Shown here in pieces: positions 12,968 to 27,900 of a stretch of 64,000 nucleotides of DNA (positions are counted from its first letter, which is position 1; each line of letters begins with the position of its first letter). Below the pieces are notes generated by a model, which saw nothing but the letters and a program-made list of their open reading frames with translations, ran no database searches and had not been told where the DNA came from. Source of the stretch: Acanthaster planci (taxonomy: Eukaryota); contig NW_019091355.1 of the NCBI RefSeq assembly GCF_001949145.1, positions 5,402,517 to 5,466,516 of the forward strand, read 5' to 3'. Both the position numbers and the translations under genes were made by a program.

Positions 12968-15900
12968 CTGAACGTTACAAGATCGGGAAGAGAAAACAGA
13001 GAGGCTGAATAAGAAACCTGTGTGCACTGCAGTTCATCAACGCCATTTTCCATGTCGGCTTTTGTGTCTTACATTGGCTTTATTTTACACTCCACGGTCC
13101 TTTGTGATGTCCTCTGCATAAATGAGTCCTACGACCATTTAATGCAATACTTTTGCATCAGAAAGAGCAACCCAGGCTTCTATGTTGGTGAACTGCTCAT
13201 TTTAGCATGCATGCTGATAGCAACAGACATTGTGCAGGTGAGAAAATTTGACGTTCCTAATGATTTCCATGGTACAGGCTCCTCTTAAATGCCTGTAACT
13301 CAAAAATGGTCTCAGCGACTTATGATTCACTTTTCACAGAGCGGGTCACATTTTTTACAGTTAAAACTAAATGCAAGTATTGCACATCTCTAGCCTGGCA
13401 CTAGACAATGCCGTGTGAGGCCAAATTCAGGAATACCAAATTTGGGCAAGAGAAGCCTGGTACTGCAGACAGAGGTAAAGCTAAAATGCCAACACTTCCC
13501 CGGGTAACAATAGCGTGCCTTCTGCGGCTGAGTGTGCCATTCAGGCCTAACTTGCTCAGTACTTCGTCGGGCAATGTTCAACTAAGTGACATTGTACTTA
13601 CGTGTGCTTGAAGAGGTAAGCTTTGGTCGAGGCGAACTCTCGCAACTTCTTTAACACTGGCGTGTTCTTCTTCTTAATTTTCTTGTTGGCTCTCTCCAGA
13701 TATGCCACCATCTTGGACACCATGGGGTCGGACATATTCAGTTGTACATCATCTAGGGGACAGATAGAGGTGAGCAATGCTTATGAGTCATGGTGTCTGA
13801 CACGGGATTCTAAGACTATGGCTACGTCTGTGAACAGTACCTGATGAAAGCCCGGCAGCTGATTTCACAAAATGTGACACAGCTTCTTGCCAAGCCTAGG
13901 CCTTGGACTCTAAATTTGTGCGGCAGCTGAGTAATATACGGTACGTACGGTCGATATCATGAAAAGTTGATTAGCTGCGTAACGTTTGGATTAAATTGCT
14001 CTTTGTGGACAAGGATGATCACGTCTTTTATGACGGCTGTTTAGCCCTGGCAGCCATTTTGAAAAAGTTTTTGTCTCCTTTTTTTTGTCAGAACTGGGCA
14101 GAAAATCTCAAAGTTCTCCCACAGCCAAACAAGTTTTACCCCTCTTGTATAAGGAAATAAAATAATTATAATTAGTAATGATGAGCCGTTACTGAAATGG
14201 ATTAGTTAGTAAAAGCATTCACTTCCAATTTTTTAGCATAAGTTCCCCCACCTAAAGCGAATGAACAAGTTACGCCATAAACTGTAGCGCAAGTATCAGA
14301 CTTATGCAGTTTGTAAATTTGAAAGAATGTGGCATAGTTATGCAATAAAATGTGGCATAAGATGAGTTATGCCATTGTGTAAAGTTTCATGAAATTGGCT
14401 GCAGACCTACAGCGTCACCCGCACCACAAAGTAGCATTCAGCTGCTCTTGCATGCTACTTTGTGAAAACCTAATACAGAAATAATTTCGGTTTCACGAAG
14501 TAGCAAACGTGTGTTTTGTCAATATAGCATGGATAAAACCGCTTTGAAAGGTCTAAAATGATTTGATTCATCTGTAAATATGCGACTTAACTAGGGGATA
14601 CTCTTCAAACACGTTTCAACTGTTTCAATTAAGGAAATGGTCAATTCCTGAAAGCGACTATTCACGGAGCACGTGCCGCACGGCCAGTGTTACTTCGTGA
14701 AAATGAAAGTAACACATTTCTGTAAAATACGTGCTGAAGCGGCGCACACATCTATTGATGCGGACTACTTAATGGTGTTGATGACGATAGGGCGTCTTCT
14801 GAACTTGTTTCTCCTACTGGATGGTCATGAGCACAGGATTCGCCATGAAGATGTAAAGAACAAAGATGGTGGACTCAAAACAGCATTCCACCGGACTAAA
14901 AAATGCAAAGAAAAAGGAGTGCTAGTCGACATTCCATCCTGGTTATTCTTCCATTTATCTGCGCTAGGATTACTCTGGACCAACGGAAAGACTCTTGATC
15001 CCTTAAAACCCACAACGGCATGTTTTTTTTCAGAATCTCACATGGGTGCCCTTGCCTGAGACACAACCTGATATCAAAGATGGCACGCTGAGGAGGCTCT
15101 CAGCAATTGTATTGAATGAGTCCAAGTACTTTTGGAACTACAAAAGACACAAACAGAAACTTAATCGAATGAGCTAGTTCGGTATTTTAAGGAGGCAAGG
15201 TAATTAAAGAATGCAGTGCTTGATGTCATGCACAAGTGCTTGTGCCTTAGCGTGAGGTCACACACCAACATCGACAATCTCAAATCACGAGCAATGCAAT
15301 TCATTTTGTGCATGCATGCATGAACTCTCTGACAACCAACCTTACTCATTATGTAATGAAATGGAACGACTGAGAAATCAAATTTCAGGAATTTGACAGA
15401 ACAGTGAGCCTGTAAATATTTGCCTTCAAGGAGCAACCGTTTAACTTCACAGTTCCCTTTCTGCATACTGCTCTGTGCTTAATAATCATCTGTCTTTTTC
15501 ATTGCTTGCCTGGAAACACTACACCGAACACAAATGCACTTGGAAATTTTGGGTTTTTTTTTCTCTCAGAGAAAGGAAGTCTCACAACCTGAGCAGGAGC
15601 ATGAAAGCTGCTCCGTCCACCTACCGGGTAAGAGTTTATCATTAGTACCCACACTCAGGTTCCTGCCTTTGAAGTGCTCGTCCAAAAACTTGTCAACGTT
15701 TTGTTCCAACATGACGGCCGTCTCATTGACAAAGGTGTACATGTAGCACGAAGGGGTTGTGGAGATTGTGTAGACATTATGAAATTTACCGGCTGGAACC
15801 TGAGGAAAAATACCCAAGTATCAAGATGGTCAAAATCCAGCTCTAAAAATTGAAAACTCTTTCAAATTTACAGTGAAAACAGCGGATGCCAAACGATGAC

Positions 15901-18900
15901 TGACTGAGGTAACAGGAACATGTTTGGTTCTAGGTAAGCGTATTTCAAACCCCCTGTTAAAGGGTACCTGCAATAAATGTTTGTGATTACAGACCTCCAA
16001 AATGCAATATTGTGCCTCAGTTAACCTCATTTTAACTTTTGTTTCATTTGTTCAAAGGGCATTTTAATCCCCTTTTGGTTTTCATGCTAATGAGTATATC
16101 CATATTCATGAGCAAAACTGTGATGTCATCTCAGAAAAAAGCCTCAATGTTGCATTGGTTTGTACACAAAAAGGTCCTGCGTTTTTGTAGATTTTCCTGG
16201 ACTTAATATTCTCCTCTTTGCTGATTCATTGTTGTTTATGAGCATATAGCAATAAGAAATTATCAATCCCTCTCGCGGGAATGTCCTCAGTAAATTCAGG
16301 GTTCTCAATTTGAACAAAAACACCTAAATGTATGCACGAAACCGTGTCTTCGCTAGATTATTTCACAGAAACAGTGCCCTCAGTTGTCGATCCAGAAAAG
16401 CATGGATAATTTTAATTGTTTAAAAGCACTCACATTTTAGTGCATTTAACAAATAGGAGTGTAACAGAAGGTTCATACATTGAAGAAAAGTACAAAAATG
16501 CTGATAAATGGTGTCTTATAAATTATGTCTTTTTGGACAATATGTATACAAAATATTAAGAAAGCCATGGTGCATGGCTTGTGTTATTCCAATGTTAAAT
16601 TTCATTTCCTGTCTGTAGGCACATTTAGCCAAATTGCTCAGAATTTCCAGAAGGGTTAGGCTTTGATAAAATGCTCCCAAACTAGCCCCTAGTTTATTGG
16701 GTGACACAAGGTAGAAAAACAAAATCTCATTCCAAAAAACTGATTTAAAATGCTCTTGTCTGACTATCTTGTCGGCAAAATCTAGATTTCGTTGTCATCA
16801 TGCTGGTCCCAATCCCTTTGGATTCATAAAGCAAATAAAGTTTTTTGGCCCTACTGACTGCATGTGCTTTAATCGCTTGCCAGAAGAATAATTTTTGGCC
16901 TGAAATTTAGATTTTTGAAAATGGCACAATATGGCTGCAAATTTTTGCTATGCAGCCAATCAGCAAAAAATCCTGACTAGTAAGAATCACTTAAACAATA
17001 TTTGTACAATATTTTTTACAGCAGTCTAGTATTTTTTAACATTCCAGGGCATCCCAACGTAGGTGATATTTCCTACTTCAGGCCGAGAAATGCAGCCAAG
17101 ATCAAGCCTTCTCAATCTTTGGGTGTGTGTACACAACAAATGGGGGATTATCATGTTAAGATGTCATCAAGAGCTGTGATGAGGCAAACTTGATGCTTTA
17201 AAGGTACAGTTCGTCGTTTGTCCATTATGTTCAATGGAGGCAACAGAAGTGCTCAAAACCTAAAGAAAGGTGCTTTACAACTAACCTTATGAAATCAGTG
17301 AATGCTATATATTCTAAGAAAAACAACATTCTTGGATCTCGATTTCAAATCAGAAGTTGCAGTGTCATGTTGTGAATTGTACCCAAATTAAGTGTCCCCG
17401 ATGCATTCCCATTAAGTTGATGCCGTTACGTGATGTTGCATACTGAATAACGAACTATAGCCAATTTTCAGAAATGTGTCTTTAGATACATCATTACATA
17501 TTGCCTTCTTTCATTGGTTTCTTCAAAATGACAGCTTGCCTAAAAGAATTATTCCCACAGTTTAGTCCCATAACCACCCTTTAAACCAAGTATGCTTTTC
17601 GACAGCAATTTCAGTTCAGGACTGCACCTTTGACTTGTCAGCTTTGCCTGCCATATGTGTACAGAAAGCCAGATCTTGTCCTTCCGTGCAAAGTGGATGA
17701 AGAAAAAAAAAAAAAAATAGGAGACATTTTGGGAAAGGGTTTTTCTTCTAAGAATCTTCTTCCTAAGCCATTTCTTGCTCTGCCTCCTGAGGAGAAAGAT
17801 GGCTACCAAAGTCACCCTCTCACCTGCATCTTTTCTCCTTCTTTGAGCGTCACATTCTTGATCTTGTCCAACAACTCCACGATAACCTCCCCTTTCAGCA
17901 CCTCCAGAGTGGTGTTGGTGAAATCTTCGCTCACAAAGTTCTCAAGGTACAGGCCTGGGAAATACAATAAAAAAAATAAACAAAAAAGAAATAAAAATAA
18001 AAACTATCCTATAAATTGTTGAGGTTTCAGATGAATCTTGGCTTTGCAAAAACAATAAAACCAAAGACTGCAAAGTGCATTTAATTACTAAGCAGCAGAA
18101 AAGATCAGAACACGAAAATGGCATGTTGGCTTTTTCTCCTGTACCATTATAACTAGAAAGGTGTGAGTCTAGTTCAACGCTGTATCACAACGTTTGAGAT
18201 TACATTTTTGAAAGCTATTTTTAACTCGTTTCTCTTGTCGTACAACCTGAAAATTTAACATCAATAGAGAAACACAGTGCCTGAAAATTGAATATAAATA
18301 AGGGTAAGGAATGCACCATCGATTTTTTTCTATCGCATTTGACCAAAGTTCACCCTGAAGTAACTCTTCAGGGCACTAGGCATTTCACAAAAAATAACTG
18401 GCAGAGTCTGAGCTTCCGCCTGAAAGAAACATAATCTCATTTTCATGTGGCCTGAGTGGGCTGATATGAGAGTTTACCTGGAAAATCTGCCACAAACGTC
18501 ACTTCCATTTCATCCTTCTCCAGTTCCTCTTCCAATGCATCTACTCTGCTTCTCCAGTCCGAGAGCTCAGTCAACAGGGGAAGGTTCCAAGATATGTCCT
18601 CAAATGGAGACCAAGGGGCAGTGACTATGTCTACGCGAGGATCCCACATCCTAAAACAGGAAATGCCCCAAACCCTTGTAAGGTTCTGTATGACATTCAT
18701 ACCTTTCTCTTACTGAACCATAGTGTGTTAATAGGATCTGGCTTTCTATATGCAGATCGCTAAATCTAGGTTAAAACGCCAAGTGTACCTTGACAGATGA
18801 ATCTAAGCATGTCAGGCCGCGACGATTTTTTAAAGCTTTTTTTAGTAGGGCCATGCCATAAATTTGCTTGCCCGAATTAGATCAACACTTGCCCAAGATT

Positions 18901-21900
18901 TCTCAAAATCCATGATTATTATGGTTATTTAATTTAGGCCTACTGCATGCATGCAGTCTTTTATTAGGCCCCCAAAATAGTTGTGCTTCCAATGACATGC
19001 CTCTTACATGCCTTTTGGTTGGTTGGAAACTTTTTTTTGGGGGGGGGGTCAATTTTTTGGTCTGATTGAACGGCATGAATGGGGACGACAGCTTCCAAAA
19101 TTATCTCAAAAAGTGATGAACACCTGTCTTAATCTATGTAAAATTTCTACAGGCGGTAATTCACAAGAATTATGGGTAATTCACACAGTGTGACTCAGGC
19201 AATCACGACGGCAAACTGGCCAACAATGTATCGCGTGGTAAGCGTGCGTGAGGCATCCAGACCAGTGGGTGAAAAACCTTGTGCCGCGGCAGGAAATTTG
19301 TTGAGAGACGCCGCTTCAAATACGCGCGAAACAAACTCAAGTTCTGCGAAGGAACTTACAGAAAACCTCTTGCAACATCGATTTTTTTTACCTGTGGCTA
19401 TAGGGTTGCGTGCATGTATGGCCGATGTAGAGTAATTGACCGGAACGTACAGTACATGTAAAGACTGGTTCTCGTTGCTACATTTCTTTGCATGGGCGCA
19501 GCGTGGCGGGAACCAGAGCAACTTCATTTAATGCATTGAGCTGTGGGCACGTGTTTTCACCACTGCGACAGCGAAACGTGAATGAGAACTTGTCACAATG
19601 ACGGAAGTTTCTTTCCAAAAATTGCAAATTTAAGTACAAAAACATACAAAAACAAGCATTTTAACGTGAGAACAAGTTATTGGAAGATATTTGTGAAGAC
19701 AGAAAAGACATCAGTTTTTCTGGACTTGCCCGAATGGGCACACCTAGTTGAAATTTTAATTGCCCGAATGAAAATTTGATTGCCCTGGGCTATCGAACAG
19801 GCGATTCGTCGCAGCCTGAAGCCTGTTACTCCCCAGTTTGTTTTGTAAACATACAAAGTCTGAGGAGTCTATGGAGGCAGAATGTATGTTACACTTGAAC
19901 CTGGTTGCTATGCATGACCTGTTAAGGTAGCTAACATCAGCACATGGGCATTACCAAGAGTGTTGGAAAATATGAAGCTGCTGTAAGGAATATCATCAGA
20001 ATATTGTTAAATGAGTCTTGCAGATATAGCATTTAGCATTTGGCTTTAAATCCAAAGTTGACCGCTGTACTGCGTACAAGACCGCTGTCCTGCGTTTTGA
20101 ACTTTCAAAAGTCTTGGCAACAAAAACTCCTGTGCACAAAACTGACACAAAATCTTCATGTGGCCATGTGCAGTGAATTAAAGCCAATTACACTACCGCT
20201 AGGTTGAAAAATAACTGTAATTTCACATTTTTGAGTCAAAATCCCAAACTTCTTCTGGTGTTTTTTACCCAAAACATTTCACCAAAAATCATTTGTGGCT
20301 TCTGAAAGTGCTCCTCCACTAGATGTGAACTTGTAAAAAAAAAAGACTTTCTCTTCATCTCGAAGAAAGCAAAACTAAAGAGTCAAAGAACAAATTCTGC
20401 GAAGAAAGAAACAGATGTTGATTTCACACTTCATCACCAGGAACGCTGGCACTTTGGTAACTGTACTCATTCAAGTGCGCAATGCTACATGCCTAATAAG
20501 ATAAATTGTGTGAGTTCATTCAAGTGGACAAATCAGACAAAACACTAGACTTTCTTGAAAGCTGTATACCCAGATCTTACTGTACTTACTTGGTATGCAC
20601 ATGAATATTATATGTTGATACGCTAAGAAAACAATGCATCAGTGGCCACTATAGTTATTGTTTTAGGCTAATTTGTGACAACTCTGGTCAGGAAAGGACA
20701 GCAAAAGCTGTACAAATTTCCTGATAATTGTTAAGGCCAAAATTTTTATATGGTCTTGATAACATTGTACTGCACTTCACTTCAATATCCATAGAATAAG
20801 AACCACACACATACCTCTGTGAGAATCGTCCATTCATTGATTTCCAGATATCTACATAGAGGGCGGGCTCCTCGTATCCGTGGGATTTCAGCCGTCTGCT
20901 GACGCAGGTACCAAACTGTTTGATCATGTCACCGTGGCCAATCCAACGACTGGAAAAGGGGACGAAAAACTAGCAAAGGAAAACAGGACATTAACCTTGA
21001 AAATCTGGCGAAGTCAGATGTAGGCTTTCAGAGCAGTGGTGACGACTACTGTGCCTAGGTATGTGCAACTGGTGTGGAAGTGGACTTTACTCTGGACACA
21101 AGATTTACACTTTGAGCCAGATGGTAAGTAAATACCCAAGGACTTGTTGCATTTTAAGTACGTTATGTTCTGGAAAATATCTGTATGCAGTGCCATGTGA
21201 TATCTGGACTCTTCCCCAGGGGGGGTTTGAGTGATTCCTGTTGAGTCTGTATACACAAGCTAACAGGCTTCAACCAGTCTGTGGAGGTTGAGTGTACATG
21301 TATGTGGAGCCCTTAAGTGGCCGCGGGCCACGGATGGGAATCGTAGCAAAAATAACTCCTCAACACAGTCGCAGAGTTTTGAAAAAAGCGACAATGCCCT
21401 AAGAAATGTCGCGCAAGTCTGTTAATGACCATCTAGCGTCAGCATTTGTAAAGTCCAACTTTATAAAGGTACATGTACGTGGTTGTGGTATCTTGTCATT
21501 CGGAAAAGTCTGCATTTTCAGCTGGAAATAAATCTGCACCCATGACAATTGGTTTAAACCCACATTATGGCACTAGTGAAAAGACTATAACAACGTATTT
21601 CTCCAACTTCAAGGAAATATTTGCGTGCACAACATAGGATGGATAAGACAGAAAGGACTGGCTGAGGGACTACAGCTTGAGATGAACTGCTGCTGCTAAT
21701 TCATTGAGCTTTGTTAAGTACAAATAATGTTTAATTAGCAAAACCAGGTAACCAGGCAAAATTCCAATAGGCATTCATTACCAGTTGACTGGTTCCCAAC
21801 TGACTTTTGCTTGACACTTGACTTTGCTGATCACTTAACGCCTCCACTTTTGGGTTCACTGCTTGTCATCGATTGATATATGGCCTTAGTTTTATGAAGT

Positions 21901-24900
21901 AGCCGTCATATGATTACTAACTTGAAGGACATGCCAACCGAGAGAAGGTTGGCTGGAGAAGAGACTAATAATGATGATTAATACTGATTGTATATTTACC
22001 TCAGGTGCCAGGTAGCCTGTCTTTCCAGTCTTTTGATCCACAAAGTGCACCTTCACATGCTGTGTGTGCCAGTTGTGCACCATCATGTCCCAGGAGTATC
22101 CATACAGGCCCTGGGTCCAACTATTGTACCCCTGAGGAAATGGTCACGATTGAAAATGGAGGCATGTGAAAATCAGAACACTGAGAAAAAAAATGTTTGG
22201 CTGTACTCTCTTATGAAACGTGGTCACAATTATCGCAATCACAGATTGCATATAAAGGTTGTTGGCTGTATCATGGGCAGTGACAAAGAGCTTCAATTCC
22301 CCAATCTATTACAAAGTCAAAATGAAAAGTGGCTCTTGTGACTTGTGAGTCATTTTGGCAGAGAGGGTCACATTTGGACGAGTATAATTTGGTCACATAG
22401 TGTACGCCCATAGTCTGAGTGACCAGAAAAGGCATCTATTTCCCTTGCTTTTGGCATCGGGAAATAGAACCCTCTGTGGAAATAGGACCCTCTCCTGGTC
22501 TTTCACAGTCCCTTAGGGAGCACAGACGAGCACCTATTGACCTCATTTCCAGTCCATATGTGTATACTATCCACCCAAATAAGTAAACCATATTATTATC
22601 GGTTTACTATTTCTCAAACATATACCAGTATTTAGAGCTAGGGAAAGGCTGCATATGTGGCACTACCTGTCAATGCATAGTGTGCATATTGCATAGCTAG
22701 GGCTATGCTCACATAAGAACTTCACCCATGGATGCGACAGTTCTACGAACTGTACTGGTGCATATTTGACCCACCCGGTTAACAACAAACATAGCAACCA
22801 CCATCTGATAAAAATGATAATAATGACCAGACCAGTGAGAGTTCAGTTCTCAGTTAAAAACATGTATAAGGTATGCTTATAATTCTATTGTCCATGAGTT
22901 ACATGCTTACCATCAAAAGTGGCCTTTGTCAGAGTAAGTGGACACAGAATTTTGGCAGCAGTAACTGAGTGTGAACTTAATAATGAAGTACGACTAAACT
23001 ACCCAAACTCCTAGGGTGAGTTGGTAGTAACTCATAACAACTACAATTGCTGACCTAGGATAAAGGGGCCTCTAAATGAGTTGACTTTTAAAAAGTGGTC
23101 TCACATCGTTAGTACAATATAATAAAGATTATTTATGAAGTGAATGTATCCTGCAGTACTACTGCTCTGGGCAATATTGCAATTGTTATTATCCCTGCTC
23201 ATCAGGCCATGAGACCAATTCCTCCAGCAAACATCAGCGTGTGTCTGGCCCCTGCTCTCCAGGTACCCATTTATGCTCTGGGGTGGAGAGAGTCAAGCAG
23301 GGGTACAGCGACTTGCCCACTGTCACCTGTAGCCAGCTGCTGGATTGGAACGCCCCGACCCTGTGATCGGGAGTGTGATATCCATTCTTATGTTAACTTG
23401 GTACTACTTTTTGCATGTTATCAGTCTGCGCTGGCGGCCAGCCCGAGTATATAAAAGGATAAGTGCAAATGATTAAATTTTGTTGAGTTTAGTTTCACCT
23501 ATAAGACTAGGTTTCTGCGCTCCTTTTACTCTGTTTGTTGAGCTGTGCTCTTTCCTTTCAATTGAGTTTGGGCATCCGATACAATATTTGGCACCAAGGA
23601 TGGGATTCGAACCCACGTGTACACAGCACAAAGCCTGACCACTGGGCCACCTGACCTACAAATAGGATGACTTCCCATCGACATTACCTTCGTCACAAAG
23701 TGAGAGAATGGCAAGAAGAGCTGAACGGCGATGTAGAGGGTGAAGAAACAAGTGGCCAGGTAATGATGGCGTTCTGGGACTCGCTGGTCACGTGACTCTG
23801 CCTCAGCTGCCTTCGCAGTGGCTCCTTTGGGTTTGACCTCTTTGGGAGTTTCCTGAAATGGTGGATGAAATCGAGGTAAACTAGCCTGAACATTTCGCCA
23901 CATTGAAGAAAACCGATCTCTACGCACTGACGCGAAAGCATTGGTCCTTAAGGCTGTGAACAAACAAAGGTGGCCTCCATGACTCAATTTTTGGGGGCTT
24001 CTGAAGATGGCTGCCATTACATTCCTTGCAGCAAGACAAGCTGGCAATTTTTTTGTAATTTTCCAAGGTTCAAAGCAGTACGGAGTGATGGTTTAAGGGT
24101 GTATGAAATTTTCTCTAGACACCCTAGGGTAAAAAATAAACTGAGAGTGTATCAACCAGCCTGTACAGGTCCTCAAACAACAGTCCACTGTGAGTAACAT
24201 TTTGAGCTTCCCTCCAAAGACAGCCTCTAATCAGTCTCCTCTTGTCAGTATACAGAGATCATCAATGATGGAAACCTAAATATGGGTAATTCCAGAAATT
24301 AGGGGTCCATTTTTTTGTGCCCCTGTCACATTTCATCTATGATTTTGTAAGTTCAGAACACATTTCTAATTCATGCAGTGATGAATTCATGCAAATTATC
24401 TGCAAAACAAATAGTAAGACTTTGAAATCAATTGTGGTGATATTTCCATGTCAAGTAACAAAGGTCAGATGTAACAGGGAAACCAAAATGTCACACTTTT
24501 GGACCCCTACTTTCTGGAATTACTCACAGTCATTCACTTGGTCTGGGCGTTTTCAAAACCAATAAGAATTAGGCCACAGTTCTTGATTTCTTTCAATTAA
24601 TTGATTGTTTCCTTCCCAGTTCATGGTTTTGATGTTATCGAATGGCTTATTCTCCCTTTTTGTGGGTGTGTGCTGATTTTCAGAAAAAAATCCTGGCAAG
24701 CCACCACAATTTTATTACATTTCAACGTGGCAGCAACTGTGAGTGGTTTTTGTGTTCAACCTACTTTCTTTCACAACATTTTGTGCACATTTTGTAGGGT
24801 TTGGGTTAATGAATATTCAGTACAAGTTCTTACACCTTTTGAAAATAGGTAGTTTACAATGTGATTCTGCGTACAAAATGTGATTGAATAACGTTCAGAA

Positions 24901-27900
24901 TGATTAAACAATCGTATAACAAATTATCACTGAAGACATGTAATTAGAAATGAAACTGATGATTTTCTGAACACATTAACTGATTTAAGTCCAAGAGCTT
25001 GACGTCCAGCCACATCTAGTCATGTACCTGTTTTGCGTACACACAGTGGTCACTCCTCTGTTGGACGTCGGGGGTAGCCGCGAGCTTGCTGCTCAAGGAC
25101 GTTGGAAGGCGGGAGAGGAGGGAATTTGGCCAGTCAGCATAGCAGAACACCGGCATGGTGGCAATCATGGCGTAGGGGAACATCCCTGTGGGTAGGAGTC
25201 AGGATGCCGGGCAATTTATAGTGGCATGTACAACTACCAGCACAGATAAACGTTTATCACTGTGTCAGGAGTTTTAGTGTGGAACCTGAGACTAGGCCTT
25301 TCCAAGACCTTTTCTGGGAGTTTTGGGGAGTTTGAGAGAGTAACAGGCTAAATGGCATTTCAATGGCAAAGAGGGGGTGGGAAACCTTACATATAAAACA
25401 ACTTTAAACATTATCATGGTAAATAAAAAAGAATGTATAGCGGTGCACCGTTGAGTTTAACCGTACAAACTTGGGAGTAACAACACAATTTCCAGCCAGC
25501 AAATATTAAACAAAAGCCAAGGTTTCAGTACATTGGACATTTTGCAGCCATGTGTTTTATAATGCAGCACTCAATGCAATTTTCTTCATGTGAATTGCCG
25601 CAAGATCATAGCCCAAGTTGTTAGACATCTGCAACTGGCGGCTACCGTGACTAACTGCTGGAACCCTCTAATGATACAGACTTGTGCATAACAATGGAAA
25701 TCACAGCGTCACTTGTAAAACTAGGTCATAATGGTCTGTTATGCTGTAATGACCTGGTGAGAATCCTACCTGTATACGACACAGAGTCAAGTATTTCTAC
25801 ATTAATGAAGATTACTATTCAATTCCAGGGGTTTGAGAGTGACTCGCATCTCAATTTACCAAACCCTTCTAGGTTTCTTTGAGATTGCTCAAACAAAGCC
25901 AGGGAATTACCGTGTTCCTCAAATTTTTTTAATGAACATGACAAGAGACAAAATATGGAGGGATACTTGGTGAGACAGTTTGCTATAAAAACTCTACAAC
26001 CAGGACATGCTAATGAGAGGGAACGCTGTCCTACCGATACTGAAGATCTGAGAGTTCATGGCATGGAAAGATCCGCAGAAGACAAAGGCGTACGGCCGAG
26101 TCCGATCGAAGAAAAGGAAGAAGCCCACGGTGAGATCCAGGAGGAAACCACCAATGTGGACGATGAGGAGGTCAACGTACTTGTCTGCCATAATTAACCT
26201 CAACAGAAAAGATCAGAAACAAAATATGCTTTGAAATTAGATGTTATACTGTATTACAGGTCAAATTTTACAACCCAAAGGTACAGCAAACATACCATTT
26301 ATGAGGCATGAACCTCGGTGAATGCACTGCTTGGTGCCGATATTTTCGTCATACAAAGCTTCCATTTTTGAAACATGAAACATCTTTACAAACATTTGAT
26401 ATTGGTAAAGGGATTATAATCTGTGTCTATGTATTTGTACGGCACCTGCCAAAATTCAGGCGCATACGTGTACAGTGCACTTTCTAACACTTAAGTTCGG
26501 TCAGAATGCCAGGTAAGACGGGAAATGGTTTAACCGTTTATTAACTGCCAATGAGCAGGTTCAGTATTGTAATAATGTGTCCAAAATGAAGGTCGTCTAA
26601 GGTCACCCTGGAGAAACACGCAGGTGCAATGTCTGCACAGCCATACGCCAACTGGCACGTGGCTTTGTTCTCAAATGACCTTGCATTTTTGACAAACTGA
26701 ACTGGCTGGTTCAGAGAGATACTGACTTCTGCAACACAGTTTTGACAGTAATGTCAGTTTCAAAGTAACGAGGGCAATTTCAAGCAAGTGGAAAAAGAAA
26801 AATAAAACAAAGAGAGAGGAGACTTACTTGAATGGATCAAAGACCCAGTGAGCGGACAGCCTGCCCATGGAGTAGCCAAACAGCCAATCAGCATCAATCT
26901 TCTTTATTCCAGCCAGGAAGTAGACAAAAAATATCTGGAGCAGAATATGAATAAAACATCCTGTGAATAGGTTTACCAAAAAGAAGTCCTCTCTTTATCA
27001 GGCAACTTTTCTAGTTCAACATTACGGTATCCACAGATTAAAATTCTTCACTTGTTTAAATTGTATTCAGTGAGAAACCTTGACCTTAACTCTCCCAGAC
27101 CATTCAAAAGCCATCACGTGTTTTGGAAGCTTCCACATGACTGATGAAAGTACAGAGGCCGATTTCACAAACATGGCGTAACTTCAAACCATGCATAAGC
27201 ATTGTGCCACAAATTGTGCCATAGCTTAAGTAACGGTTGATTTCATGAAAAGCTGCTTAGCTGACCAATGTTTTAAATATTTGAAACTTCTTGGACAAGG
27301 ACGATCATGGCCTTTTACGACAGTTGTTTCTTTACCATATTACAGAATTCATTAAATAATCATTCCATTATCTCCACCCACCACAAACTGGGTAAAAAAT
27401 CTTGGAAGTTTTCTCACAGCCACCCTCGCTTTTCATTACAACCAAAACACCAAATTGTACATTTTGCATTTGAAGCTTGTTTAGTTGAGAAACAATGAAC
27501 CTTATCTGAATGTCATTAGTTAGTTAAATCACTCATTTCTACTTTGCTTGGTGCAATTTATGCCGTGTAACATGATAGCTTATGTGACGCAGTAATTTGT
27601 TACGCAAGTCACAAACATTGTGCAACTAGCTTCAAATGTGTCAGTGAGTGAAGTTACGCCACTTTGTAAAGTTCTATGAAATTAGCTGCAGTCCTGTCAG
27701 ATTTGTGCACAAAGAATGTGTCATGGGTTCTTGCATGTTGATTGATTTGGGAAATGTAAAAAAATTCCTCGCACAATGGCCGAGGGACTTCAATGGGTAG
27801 GTGGCTGAGGGGGAGAATTTTCCAGCAGCCCTGGGGAGAATCTCACAAGAGGTCTCCTCTGTGACTACCTTCCGGTTTCCTTGGTGGGGCTAAAGGTCAA

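Noticed and set aside
14673..15160. 128-aa plus ORF and a possible GGCX cassette exon at acceptor 15137
   Set aside because: No recognisable homology; the cassette hits a stop in the required phase 1.
17549..17815. Basic minus-strand ORF as an extra GGCX exon
   Set aside because: Would need an intron of only about 36 nt; exons 12 and 13 already join in frame.
23595..23651. tRNA gene
   Set aside because: A and B boxes are present, but there is no acceptor stem or anticodon arm.
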